Under the pieces are notes generated by a model, which was not told where the DNA came from, did no database searches, and was given only the letters and a program-made list of their open reading frames with translations. Shown here in pieces: positions 18,300-27,950 of a stretch of 64,000 nucleotides of DNA (the first letter of the stretch is position 1; every line of letters begins with the position of its first letter). The position numbers and the translations under genes are program-made. Source of the stretch: Syntrophorhabdales bacterium (GTDB lineage Bacteria > Desulfobacterota > Syntrophorhabdia > Syntrophorhabdales > WCHB1-27); NCBI GenBank assembly GCA_050012495.1, contig JBEKHB010000001.1:11304-75303 (forward strand), written 5' to 3'.

Positions 18300-19603
18300 G
18301 TTCGTTTCCTGCTCTTGACGATGAAGATCAGTACCAAATAGAACATGGCTCCAGCCACGTCGGCCCAAATTACGCCGCTTATCCCGGCTATATTTGCGCC
18401 AACCAGAACGGCCGAGGCGGTCACTATTGCTGTCGCACTCTTGGGTATAATAAGTGGATGGCTCTCAGTCCCTGTCAAAACGATGAAAGATGCAATCTGT
18501 CCGCACCCCGATAGTCCACCCGCTAAGATGGCAACAGGTAAGAGTGCTGAAACATCGCGAAAGTCTTCGGCAACAAAAATCGAGAAAATCTCCCGGTGAA
18601 ACAATCCGGCCCCAACTAAAATGAGCAACGTGACTATAAACATCGATAGCAACAACATCATGTTTAATCGGTCTGCCCGAGCTCGCCGAGAATGGTCACG
18701 TCCATCACCGGCGAGGCTATATAGCACGGGCACTCCCATTTGGGTTAAATAATTAGAGAAAATCGCCATACTGGCTAATCCAAGCTGCGCTAAAGCCGCA
18801 TACTGTCCGACCGCTGCTGTATTGCGAATGATTCCCAACCCCCACCGCTCAGACGAAGATTGCAGCCATGCAAAAATGCCAAATACCGAAAAAGGCCAGG
18901 AATAGCCTTTCACTCTGCGCACCCAATCGGTTATCCGATCTGGATGGTCAGCTGCCTGTGTCAGTAGTGTATGATGGCGATAACGCTGATATTGCCAATA
19001 CTGCGAGCTAAATACGGTAATGGAAGCTACGGCGTACGCCCACATCGCAACTGTCGCGGATGCCCCCAACACTACAAAAAGCACAACGGCAAACAATAGA
19101 CGTAGCCACTGACTCAGGCCTGCATGCCACGCGACTATGGCGCGCTGTCTTACTGCATTTTGCATTCCGTCCAGAATTGTCGACAAACCGGTGAATCCAC
19201 CATATACCAAGGCGCCAGATGACAACCTCCACCATTGACTCTGACCGGTTATCCACATGAGGATGGCGATGCAAACTGCGAGTCCGATTAAGATAATCGT
19301 TCGTTGCCACATCGTCTTCCAAGCCGCCTGCATAAGTTCGCACGCCTGCTTGGCCTCAAGCGAAGCACTGAAGAAACGCATGACAGCTTGGCCAGGACCA
19401 GCGAAAAAACAGTTTCCCAGCAGGAGCGGTGCGGTAAGGGCTAATGTTAGCACACCAAACTCAGACGCGCCTAGCATCTTGGTGAGTACCTTTAACGCAA
19501 CCAGACTTCCAACGACCGAAGCTGCTTGGCCGATACCAACCCATACAAATTCACGGCCAATTTTTAGGTAACGCGTCGAAAGTACTTCCTGTAGAACAGT
19601 CAT
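18296..19603 (-). CDS. wzx: Polysaccharide flippase (MOP/PST family)
   Basis: About 12 TMs, LTKMLGASEFGVL N-terminal PST motif, AVGQYAA. Confidence 0.85.
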   Translation of the reverse strand: MTVLQEVLSTRYLKIGREFVWVGIGQAASVVGSLVALKVLTKMLGASEFGVLTLALTAPLLLGNCFFAGPGQAVMRFFSASLEAKQACELMQAAWKTMWQRTIILIGLAVCIAILMWITGQSQWWRLSSGALVYGGFTGLSTILDGMQNAVRQRAIVAWHAGLSQWLRLLFAVVLFVVLGASATVAMWAYAVASITVFSSQYWQYQRYRHHTLLTQAADHPDRITDWVRRVKGYSWPFSVFGIFAWLQSSSERWGLGIIRNTAAVGQYAALAQLGLASMAIFSNYLTQMGVPVLYSLAGDGRDHSRRARADRLNMMLLLSMFIVTLLILVGAGLFHREIFSIFVAEDFRDVSALLPVAILAGGLSGCGQIASFIVLTGTESHPLIIPKSATAIVTASAVLVGANIAGISGVIWADVAGAMFYLVLIFIVKSRKRT

Positions 19604-19625
19604 ATATCAAATTCTGTAGGCAGGC

Positions 19626-19650
19626 ATGGGGTCAAATCTTTCCTTGACAA
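19626..19650. repeat. Short palindromic GGGGTCAAATCT..TTGAC element
   Basis: GTCAA (19631-35) / TTGAC (19644-48) inverted repeat just upstream of wzx. Resembles small REP-like ends. Confidence 0.3.
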
Positions 19651-19890
19651 GGAGAAACAGATTGGGATGCTGGTTGTGTTTTGGCTGTCTGATTTACGCT
19701 TTAATAACTTCAAAGCTCAAAGGAACTGCGTTCAGGCGTGAATGGGTGAATGCGTTAAAGCGCAGATGCGGCCGTCGTTCGAAACGATTCAGAAGTTTCT
19801 TGAGCTTTCCTCCATTTTCCACGGTCAGGAGATTTTGGAAGGAAAATATTCCAACAAGAGCATGGCTAAATCGTGTCGCCGTAATTTCTC

Positions 19891-21331
19891 TCAGTAAGGC
19901 ACATAATGGGCTTCCTGGTTAGGTGATTCAAGGTTTGTGAGGTTTTTATTACCATCGTACAACCCACTCATCAAATTCACGAATTTATTGCTGCCCACAT
20001 ACAGATGTTCTATCTTCGTAGTGGGTAGGTTTCGGAAGACTGCCCTATATTGCGGTCCGTTTTCCTTTGTATTGCCTATAGAATTATCGGTAATCCTTAT
20101 ATTGTTCGCATAATAGCTTTGGGGTGGTAGAGTTGAATATCCGTCGTGGGCAAAGAAAATGCCCGTGCTATATTCCCGACTTTGGACGCCTTCTCCGCAA
20201 TCGAATATAGTGTTTTTTGTGATATCTACATTAATGCTTCCCCAGGGGGAGCCGATAAATGTTATTCCGCCTCCTGTCACCCCACTATTCTGTTTTGGGT
20301 AATTTCCGTATCGTGCACCGAGTGAATGACCATGCCAACACCGCGATATTTATCATTGCGCCGTAAATTACTCGCAATATCATTGTTGGTAATTTTTAGG
20401 CCTATTATAGGTCCTGCATTGGCATAAGCGCTACAAAACGTACGCTGTGCACCATTTGCAATCTGAATGCCGACACATTCGCCGGCCGACATTCTTAGAG
20501 TTGACCGGTTCAAAAGTATTGCATTGGAACTGATAACGACGTTTTTAAGGGGTGTCGCTGTCAAAAAGAAAGAAACACCCCGAGCACAATTATGCATGCT
20601 ATTTTCCTGATCGATACATCGGATAGATTGTTGCCTCCCATCATGTGAGCGGTGCTTTCATTATCGTTTTGATTATCTAGCATGCGATTCGCAAGTTTGA
20701 GTATCGATTGCTCGCCTCTTCCAGCTATAGATAAATTTGAATGCAAGGTTAGAATGCGATTTTCGAGATAATTTCCTTGAGTGGTTATTTTTCGCAATAT
20801 GTAAACGCCTTCTGGTAGATGAATGTTCGCGGCAGCATCTATGGCTTTTTGAGTTGCATAGGTATCATCAGTATACCCGTCACCTTTTGCCCCCCACCAT
20901 TGAGGATAAACGTTCTGACTGGCAGTTTTGAAGGCAATGGCTCCATCACCAACAAAAATACGTGCAATGGGCGCTAAAAACTTGCCATTGATGGTTAATC
21001 TATGCGGTGCCGGGATGGTAAGGCAGGCGCCCTCTTCCAATTTAAGCGTAATGTACTCCGGAACTTCAAGATCTGTCGTAATTGTCCAGTTGCGGGAAGA
21101 TAACACTAACGTCTGGCGATCACGACTTGCTTTACTGCTAACACTTTGTAAATCATTCGGTTTGCTCCCTTGCAGGGGCTCGCTTGTTGCTGAAAGTGAG
21201 AAAATCAAAACACTAAAGAAACCAAGAATAAGCACGGCAATTTTAATCAAAAGAATTCCTCGGACCTTCCGGGATAAAGGCGTGAATAAAAACTGTTCTC
21301 TCCCGAAGGCTAGACCTTTATCTCTTGCCAT
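19891..21331 (-). pseudogene. Right-handed beta-helix glycanase/lyase (Pectate_lyase_3/GH55-like), split by two single-base deletions
   Basis: WWGAKGDGYTDDT.A.QKAIDAA motif plus parallel beta-helix repeats across three overlapping ORFs (20561-21331, 20277-20597, 19891-20280). One extra base in an A4 run and one in a G4 run fuse them. Confidence 0.75.
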
Positions 21332-21694
21332 AATAGGGGATTACCTCTTTTTTTGCTCCCTTGTTGGCGGGCGATAGTTCCAGCGTTTTCTCGTAGCAAA
21401 GCCCAGCTTCCTGGCGACGACCCAGCATCTCAAGGATATCCGTGAGGGCGATCCTGTACTTCGCCACAGTACTGGTTTGACTCGAGTAGTCTTGTGTTTG
21501 TTTTCACTGCTGAGAACAACAGAACGTTGGAGTCAATGGAAGTAAAAACACGATTTGAGTTGTAGGGTGTTGAGACCGGACGTATTTTAGTCTTCCGCTT
21601 GCTTGTTCGACTGGCCGGCATCCGCGTCAAACCCTATTCCACCGAGGGAAGGAGGCTGATACTGAAATCCTAAACCCCGGGCATCGGGAAGCAG

Positions 21695-22729
21695 TCAACG
21701 CCACGTGCTATAATACTCCAACACCTTCTTCTTTGCCTCCTGGTTTGCGGGGGATAATTCCAAGGCCTTTTCATAGCAGAGCCTCGCTTCCCGGCGCAGG
21801 CCTTGCTTTTCATACACCTCGCCGAGGGCCAACCTGTAATCGGCAACGCGGGGTCTGGCGACGACCAAGGACGACAGTTCCTCCCGCGCCAGATCGAGCC
21901 GGCCTTGACGAACATGGAGATCGGCAAGGAGGTAGTTGAAATCCTGGAGGACGCTTTTCTTTGCTTCCACCTCGATCACCCCCATTTCAGGGGGAGAAAG
22001 GCTTTCATCGGCGAGTATCTTCTTCCATGTGGAGATTGCCTCGACCCTCTCGCCCAGCGCGAAGCAGAGCGCAAGCTTTTTGATGGCAAAGGGCCAATCG
22101 ACAGGGGGCTGTATAACAGTTCGTTTCAACCAGAAGACGGCTCGATTTGTGTCACCTTTCTCGGCGGAGATTGAACCGAGGGCGAGACACAGATGCGGGT
22201 CGGACACAAGCGCGTGGTCAAGGGCAAGGCTGAGGTTCAGATTCAACTCCGCCAGATTCCTGTAAAGGAACCTTTTTTCTTCCGGGATCTCAGGAAGGGC
22301 ATCGGACAGGTAAAGACCTGTTCGAAGGTACGTTTCAGGCCGGCTGGGGTTCAAAGACAGGGCCTTTTCGCACCGCGCAAGACCTTCATCGATCCGGCCA
22401 TGTTTCCCTTCAACCTCGCCCCGCAGCACCCAGGCTTCGGGGTTAATTGCATCGACGCATACGGCCCCGCGCACCGATCTATCGGCATTCGGATCATTGA
22501 TCGCCATCAGTGACCGGGCGAGAAAGGTCTTGTAAGCGGAGGAGAGAGGGTCGAGCATCGATAACCGTTGCAGGATCAAAAGCAGAGTCTCAGGTGTGTA
22601 ATGGGCGGCGGGAGACGGGCAAGTCCAGAGAGAACTCGAATCAATGGCAATGACCAGCTCGCTGAAGCATCTCACGCCGGATAGGTAGACCAGGATGGAC
22701 AAAAGGAAGGTGAGGAGAATCCTGGCCAC
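21695..22729 (-). CDS. TPR-repeat protein with N-terminal membrane anchor
   Basis: TPR patterns (AWVLRGEV...ALSLNP; LALGEVYEKQG...YEKALELSP). Confidence 0.8.
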   Translation of the reverse strand: MARILLTFLLSILVYLSGVRCFSELVIAIDSSSLWTCPSPAAHYTPETLLLILQRLSMLDPLSSAYKTFLARSLMAINDPNADRSVRGAVCVDAINPEAWVLRGEVEGKHGRIDEGLARCEKALSLNPSRPETYLRTGLYLSDALPEIPEEKRFLYRNLAELNLNLSLALDHALVSDPHLCLALGSISAEKGDTNRAVFWLKRTVIQPPVDWPFAIKKLALCFALGERVEAISTWKKILADESLSPPEMGVIEVEAKKSVLQDFNYLLADLHVRQGRLDLAREELSSLVVARPRVADYRLALGEVYEKQGLRREARLCYEKALELSPANQEAKKKVLEYYSTWR

Positions 22730-22732
22730 TGC

Positions 22733-23254
22733 TCACTCTCTTATATCCGCGTGAATTTCCCCCGGGTAATTACGCTCAAACCCGATCCTGCCAGGCCCAG
22801 AGGCTCGATGATCAAATCCCAACGTGAGATCGGCGGGAGGTGGTGCGGCCACGGCCTGTCCCTCCACAGGTTGCAGCCCGGTTTCCTGGTCGCCGCCTTC
22901 CGCTCCCCTGTCTTTGTCAGAGATTCTGCTACTGATGTTCTTTGTTTTTGCGCCGTAGTCGATCTTACGCTTGTTGGCTTTGACCCCCTCTGTGCCCGGT
23001 CCGGGCGTACCCTGGGCATCGGCCGGACTTGCCGCCGAGTCGAGTCTGTCGACATCCAGCATATTCTCAGGTGCATCGGCGGTCTTTCCGCACGTATCCG
23101 CCGTATTCTCGAATACAGGCAGATTGGGCAGGACCGGAAGACGCATTTCACCTGCCATACTCAAGGTGGAAAAGAGAAAGACGATCAGCGGGGCGCATAG
23201 TGCGCATCTTTTCATCCTCTCCGAACGCATCGGCGCCATGTCCTTACGCTCCAT
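22733..23254 (-). CDS. Hypothetical secreted low-complexity protein
   Basis: Signal-like MKRCALCAPLIVFLFSTLSMA. Tight overlap or abutment with both neighbours. Confidence 0.5.
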   Translation of the reverse strand: MERKDMAPMRSERMKRCALCAPLIVFLFSTLSMAGEMRLPVLPNLPVFENTADTCGKTADAPENMLDVDRLDSAASPADAQGTPGPGTEGVKANKRKIDYGAKTKNISSRISDKDRGAEGGDQETGLQPVEGQAVAAPPPADLTLGFDHRASGPGRIGFERNYPGEIHADIRE

Positions 23255-24782
23255 CCTCTCTGCTCCACGAGAAAGACGTATGTACTACCCGCCACGTAAG
23301 GCCCATGATCAAAAAAAGCAGCATGGCGTTGGCCGGGATCTGGAGGTTGAAGTCGGCCAGGGAATGGACGAGCAGGGCCACGATGGCAGCCAGGCCGCTA
23401 GCCCCGAGGAATATCGAGTACCGGCTGCGGCGTGTAAGCAAGGCGCGAACGGAAGAGGCGAGGAACAGAAGAAAGAATGCCAGCCACGGAATGAAGCCGA
23501 TCAGCCCCACTTCCGAAAGAAACTCCAGGTAGTCGTTGTGGGCGTGGTCCATGATCATTGCGCCAAATTTCTGCGGCTTATAAGGGGGGTACGCAAGCTC
23601 ATAGGTACCGAGCCCGGTCCCGGTGAGGGGAAAGTGCTTGATCAACGTAAAGGTGGTTTGCCAGACGAGAAAGCGGTCCTCGTAGCTGGTTTCAATCGTC
23701 TGCCAACGCTCCTCAACCGGGGCCAGGCCTTTCCACATGCCCCAAAGGCACCCCAGACCGAGCACGAGCGCCAGGACAATCGGCAGGGCCGCGTGGCGCG
23801 TTTTTGTCGCGGCCATCAGCAACAGGACGAAGAGCACGGCCGCAGCCAGGCTCAAGTGGGCCATGCGCGACATGGAAAAGATGAGTCCGAGGACCATGAC
23901 GATGATCCCCGCAAACAGGAAATAGAGAAAAAGGAAACGACGGGCCTTGACGCGTGAAGTGATACCGGAGACAAAGAGGCCGATCGAAACAGGTATACAC
24001 ATGTTCATAAGCCCGGCGAAATGGTTGCGGTTGATATAGGTTCCGGTTACACAGTCTATGCAGTACTTTTTCGTGAACCATAGAAGAGAGCCGGAGTGAT
24101 TAAGATAGACATAGAGGCCGTATATCGCGTCGGCAAACCCAATGATGAAGACGGCGACAAGCAGCCGCGTAATCGAAGAATGAAGAAGTGGGTGAGGAAG
24201 TGTTGAGTGTTGAGTGTTGAGTTTTGAGTTTTGAAACCAATAGGCTGGCGAGGGACGGAATGGCGAATCCTGAGGCGTGAACGTGGCGACGACAAAGAAA
24301 ATAGATGCATAGGCCAGCCATTTCAGGAGAGCGGCGCTCGTGGCGGAGAGGCTGAGACTCAAAGGGAGCAGAGGGCATAGAGCAGAGGGCATAGAGCCGG
24401 GACCGAAGGTTGGAGCGAGACCCAGGCGCTGGTAGAGGCCGGCGGCGTTGGGAGACATTTTCTGGAGAAATGAGAAAGGCAAAGGCGCCATCTGAAAAAG
24501 ACAAAAGAGAAGGAAGAGGAAGAGGGGAAACATGAGCCACAGGGTGCGGTGCAAATAGGAAGAATGTGTTGAGTTTTGAGTTTTGAGTTTTGAGTTATCG
24601 GAAGAACGCGACATTTCCGCGTCGAGGCGGGAAAAGTCGGTTGTCCAGAGGTGCAGAAGAAGTAATGAAAAGATCAGAAGCTCCATCGCTGAGTAGGTAA
24701 CGATGTAGACCGAACCAACGGCGGCAGGAGCGCAAATGATGAGCATGATTAAGCCGATGAGAATGATAGGGGAAGAGAACAT
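23244..24782 (-). CDS. O-antigen ligase / oligosaccharyltransferase family (Wzy_C)
   Basis: GTYINRNHFAG, SMSR, GTGLGTY, HAHNDYLE, HSLADFNLQIPAN. Confidence 0.9.
   Translation of the reverse strand: MFSSPIILIGLIMLIICAPAAVGSVYIVTYSAMELLIFSLLLLHLWTTDFSRLDAEMSRSSDNSKLKTQNSTHSSYLHRTLWLMFPLFLFLLFCLFQMAPLPFSFLQKMSPNAAGLYQRLGLAPTFGPGSMPSALCPLLPLSLSLSATSAALLKWLAYASIFFVVATFTPQDSPFRPSPAYWFQNSKLNTQHSTLPHPLLHSSITRLLVAVFIIGFADAIYGLYVYLNHSGSLLWFTKKYCIDCVTGTYINRNHFAGLMNMCIPVSIGLFVSGITSRVKARRFLFLYFLFAGIIVMVLGLIFSMSRMAHLSLAAAVLFVLLLMAATKTRHAALPIVLALVLGLGCLWGMWKGLAPVEERWQTIETSYEDRFLVWQTTFTLIKHFPLTGTGLGTYELAYPPYKPQKFGAMIMDHAHNDYLEFLSEVGLIGFIPWLAFFLLFLASSVRALLTRRSRYSIFLGASGLAAIVALLVHSLADFNLQIPANAMLLFLIMGLTWRVVHTSFSWSREDGA
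24202..24236. repeat. Heptamer array (GTTGAGT)x3-TTTGAGT-TTTGAAA, in frame in ligase gene
   Basis: Direct reading. Encodes FQNSKLNTQHST. Confidence 0.85.
24363..24397. repeat. Heptamer array AGAGGGC/ATAGAGC x5, in frame in ligase gene
   Basis: agggagc agagggc atagagc agagggc atagagc. Encodes SMPSALCPLLP. Confidence 0.8.
24568..24595. repeat. Heptamer array GTTGAGT-(TTTGAGT)x3, in frame in ligase gene
   Basis: Direct reading. Encodes NSKLKTQNST. Confidence 0.85.
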
Positions 24783-24794
24783 TAAGAGCCGTTC

Positions 24795-24815
24795 ACTTAG
24801 AACTCAAAACTCGAC
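24795..24815. repeat. Inverted copy of the ACTCAAA heptamer array at the phosphatase/ligase junction
   Basis: + strand acttaga actcaaa actcgac, opposite orientation to the arrays at 24202 and 24568. Confidence 0.65.
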
Positions 24816-25601
24816 GCTCCGGAAGCCCTGCCTAAGAAGACGCGAAAATAGCCCCGGCTTCTTAGGCAGGGCTTCCGGAGCGTCGATGTGTTTGCCGGCG
24901 ATGATGGCGGCGGGATACTCTTTCACGAGTTTGTGCGCATATTCAGCGCCGATGAGAGATGAAGCGAGCTTGAAGGCCTTCGAGAGCACAGGCGGTCGCC
25001 TCTTGGCTGAATGTGCATCCGACGCAATCACATGGACTAGCTGATATTTGAGCAGCTCCTCGGAGCACTTCCGGATCTCGGGACCGAAGTCTCCGGTGAG
25101 GCTCATGGCCGTCAACTGGACGAGTCCGCCTTTCTCGACCCAGTTCCGCACGATGTCCGTCTTCCCGTGCACGGCGGTGTTCCGCTCCGGGTGCGTGAGA
25201 ATCGGGGTGAAGCCGGCAAGGGTGAGATGGAACATCCATTCGATGTACCTGGGCGGTATCACATGCCGGGGGAATTCCACCATCACGTACCGCATGTTGT
25301 CGTTTACGGTCAACACTTCCCGGTTCTTTACCAGTGAATCGAGATGCTCGTGCACGTGTATATCTGCGCCGGGCAATACCTCTAGAGGGATTTTGCCCCG
25401 CTCGATCTCTGCATTCAGTGTGCGGACCCCGTCGAAAATAACATCGGGGGTGGTATTGTACGTCCCGTTGGGTACGTGCGGCGTGGCAACGATAGTCGTG
25501 ATCCCATCACGGGCTGCGACCAGGCACATCCGGACTGCCTCGTCGAGGTCCTTAGCGCCGTCGTCAAGACCGGGGAGAATATGGGCGTGGAGGTCGATCA
25601 T
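24804..25601 (-). CDS. PHP-family protein-tyrosine phosphatase (CpsB/CapC/YwqE)
   Basis: IDLHAHILPGLDDG, ATPH, THPERN, ASDAH. Confidence 0.95.
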   Translation of the reverse strand: MIDLHAHILPGLDDGAKDLDEAVRMCLVAARDGITTIVATPHVPNGTYNTTPDVIFDGVRTLNAEIERGKIPLEVLPGADIHVHEHLDSLVKNREVLTVNDNMRYVMVEFPRHVIPPRYIEWMFHLTLAGFTPILTHPERNTAVHGKTDIVRNWVEKGGLVQLTAMSLTGDFGPEIRKCSEELLKYQLVHVIASDAHSAKRRPPVLSKAFKLASSLIGAEYAHKLVKEYPAAIIAGKHIDAPEALPKKPGLFSRLLRQGFRSVEF

Positions 25602-25632
25602 GCGTGTGGCGTCACCGGATCGATTTCACTAC

Positions 25633-27888
25633 CTATGCCTGCTGGTCGGGCTGTTTGCTCCCCTTGTTTCCGGAGGGGGATTTCCTGGAAAAAAAACCTT
25701 TTTTGGGCTGGTCCCACTCGTGACGCTTGCGCGTTTTCTTGCCCTCGCCGTCGTGGCCGTAGTAATCATAGTAATGGTAGTAGTAGTGGGAGTAGTGGGA
25801 GTAGTAATAGCTTTCCCGGCCGATATCTATGTTGTTCAGGACAGCGCCTATCACCTTCGCGCCGCTATCTCTCATGACCCTGGACCCGTGTTGGGCCGTT
25901 TCCCTTGTGGTAGCGCCTCCATGGACCACATAGACCACACCGTCCATAAGCTTGCTCAACACCACCGCGTCCGTGACCGAGCTTATCGGGGGGGAATCGA
26001 GGATGATCTTGTCGTAGGCGCCCTTCATCTGATCGATAAATTCCGCCATCTTCTTCGAGCCGAGGAGCTCCGCCGGGTTGGGAGGCACGGGGCCGCAGGT
26101 CATGACATCGAGCTTTTCGTGCAGGACCGATCGATAAATGTCCGGCTCCTCACCTACAATGACGTTGCTCAACCCTCGACGGTTCTCCAGGCCGAAGACC
26201 TTGTGGATCTGAGGCTTCCTCATGTCTGCGTCGACGAGGAGGACGGATTCCCCGGAATAGGCGATCACGAGGGCGAGGTTGGCAGTGATGAACGTTTTGC
26301 CCTCCTTCGGGATAAAACTCCCGATCAGGATCGTTTTGAGGGGGGCGTCGGGTGACGAAAAGAGCACGGCCGTGCGCAGGCTGCGAAACCCTTCCGCGAC
26401 CGTGGACTTTGGCTTATGGTGCACGATGATCTCCGGGCTCGACACTTTTTGCCCTATCTCTTCCATAAAGTTTATCCTGGGGATGAGGGCCAGGCACGGG
26501 GTCTCCAGATACTTCTCGATGTCATCGGGGGTCTTGAGGGTGTTGTCGAGGTACTCGAAGAAAAAGGCCATGCCGCAGCCCATGAAAAGACCGACTACAA
26601 CCGAGAGTAGTATATACTGCAGGGGCTTGGGCCGGGCGGGCAATATCGGCACTTCGGCCCTGTCCACGATCCTTACGTTGGTAGTCCCCAGCTCGCCCGC
26701 CACGCTCGTCTCTTTCAGCCTCTTCAGGAGGTTCTCGTAAAGCTCCCTATTCTTATCCGCCTCCCTGGCGAGCACGCTGTACTCTATCGATCTTTCACTC
26801 AGCTTCTGGGTCTCCGCCTTTTGGCCTTCCACGGCGATGCGCGCATTGGCTTCCCTCGCCCTCGCGATAGCCAGCTCGTTCTTGATGGAGGCCAGCACGT
26901 TCTGTGATTCCGACTTGATCTTCTGCCGGTTGGCCTCGATCTCCGATTTGAGCTGGGTCATTTTCGGGTGCTTTTTACCATACTTCTGGGATAGCTCCGA
27001 CATCTGTGTGACGAGCCTCGCCTCGTTCTCTTTGAGCCTCTGGATCAGGTAATTGTCCATCACCTGGGGCATGGACTCGATGGGTACCCCTTTTGAGAGA
27101 AGGTCCTGCACCTCCTTGTAGCGCGCTTCGACCTCAACCCTCCTCGTCTGTTCGTCGACGAGCCTGCCGGTCAGGCCGCCCAGCTTCTGCATGGCAATGT
27201 TTTCTTTCTCCTTGTCCCCCTGAAAGGGAGTGATCTGCACGATGCCGTACCGTTCTTTATATGCTTGCAGCGCCTGTTCCGATTCCTCGAGGGTCTTCTT
27301 CTGCTCCTCTATCTGCTTCGTGAGGAAGTCCTTGGCCTCACCGGACGTTTCACTCGCCCATGCAATGTTTTGCTCGATGAACCCCTTTGCCGTCATATTG
27401 ACGATGTCTGAGGCGAGGTGCCTGTCCGTGCTTTCGTAACTGATATCGACAAGGCGGCTGTTCCTGATCGGGTCAATTTTCAGGCGCTTTGATAACTTAT
27501 CTGCGAGTAAGGTTTCTTTGGCCTTTTTGTCCAACGTCGAGCCGTGCTGCGATTTCGGTGGATTGAACACGGGGTTCTCTGACAAGTTGAGCGCCTGGAT
27601 CACGCGCAGGGCCAAAGAGCGGCTCTGGAGGACCTTGTACTGGGTCTGGTAGAACTCCGTGCTGTTCACATCAACCGGCAGAAGATCCTGCATGTTGAGT
27701 ACTTTTGGCGCTTCCCTTTCAATCAGTATCCTTGTCGTTGCCTTGTATACGGGCGTCATGACAAAGGAAGCGATGGCAACCGTACCGACAATGATTGCAA
27801 AACAGACCAGGGCAGGGCGACGCCACTTGTAGAGGGTGCGGAGATAGTCATAGATGTGTGTTTCGTTGGTTTGGCCGGGAATGTTCAT
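25633..27888 (-). CDS. wzc: Polysaccharide co-polymerase / BY-kinase (Wzc/GumC)
   Basis: Two TMs with a coiled-coil periplasmic region, EGFRSLRT, PKEGKT Walker A, VDADMRKP, ILDSPP, C-terminal Tyr cluster. Confidence 0.95.
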   Translation of the reverse strand: MNIPGQTNETHIYDYLRTLYKWRRPALVCFAIIVGTVAIASFVMTPVYKATTRILIEREAPKVLNMQDLLPVDVNSTEFYQTQYKVLQSRSLALRVIQALNLSENPVFNPPKSQHGSTLDKKAKETLLADKLSKRLKIDPIRNSRLVDISYESTDRHLASDIVNMTAKGFIEQNIAWASETSGEAKDFLTKQIEEQKKTLEESEQALQAYKERYGIVQITPFQGDKEKENIAMQKLGGLTGRLVDEQTRRVEVEARYKEVQDLLSKGVPIESMPQVMDNYLIQRLKENEARLVTQMSELSQKYGKKHPKMTQLKSEIEANRQKIKSESQNVLASIKNELAIARAREANARIAVEGQKAETQKLSERSIEYSVLAREADKNRELYENLLKRLKETSVAGELGTTNVRIVDRAEVPILPARPKPLQYILLSVVVGLFMGCGMAFFFEYLDNTLKTPDDIEKYLETPCLALIPRINFMEEIGQKVSSPEIIVHHKPKSTVAEGFRSLRTAVLFSSPDAPLKTILIGSFIPKEGKTFITANLALVIAYSGESVLLVDADMRKPQIHKVFGLENRRGLSNVIVGEEPDIYRSVLHEKLDVMTCGPVPPNPAELLGSKKMAEFIDQMKGAYDKIILDSPPISSVTDAVVLSKLMDGVVYVVHGGATTRETAQHGSRVMRDSGAKVIGAVLNNIDIGRESYYYSHYSHYYYHYYDYYGHDGEGKKTRKRHEWDQPKKGFFSRKSPSGNKGSKQPDQQA

Positions 27889-27950
27889 TTAAATAATCCC
27901 TCCGGGTGCGCGTTCACTGCTCAAGGCTCAGGGTCACATGGAGCCGTCTG

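Noticed and set aside
19626-19922. 98-aa + strand ORF or possible transposase remnant upstream of wzx
   Set aside because: No recognisable transposase motif in the frames I read, and it is antisense to the operon.
25759-25810. GTAGTA/GTAGTGGGA short repeats
   Set aside because: Explained by the Wzc C-terminal tyrosine cluster (YYYSHYSHYYYHYYDYY).
25048-26355. Long antisense ORFs (e.g. 25048-26355 +, 3762-4859 +, 49917-51203 -, 51872-53086 -, 39282-40394 -)
   Set aside because: Shadow frames of well-supported genes in GC-rich DNA, with no recognisable motifs.
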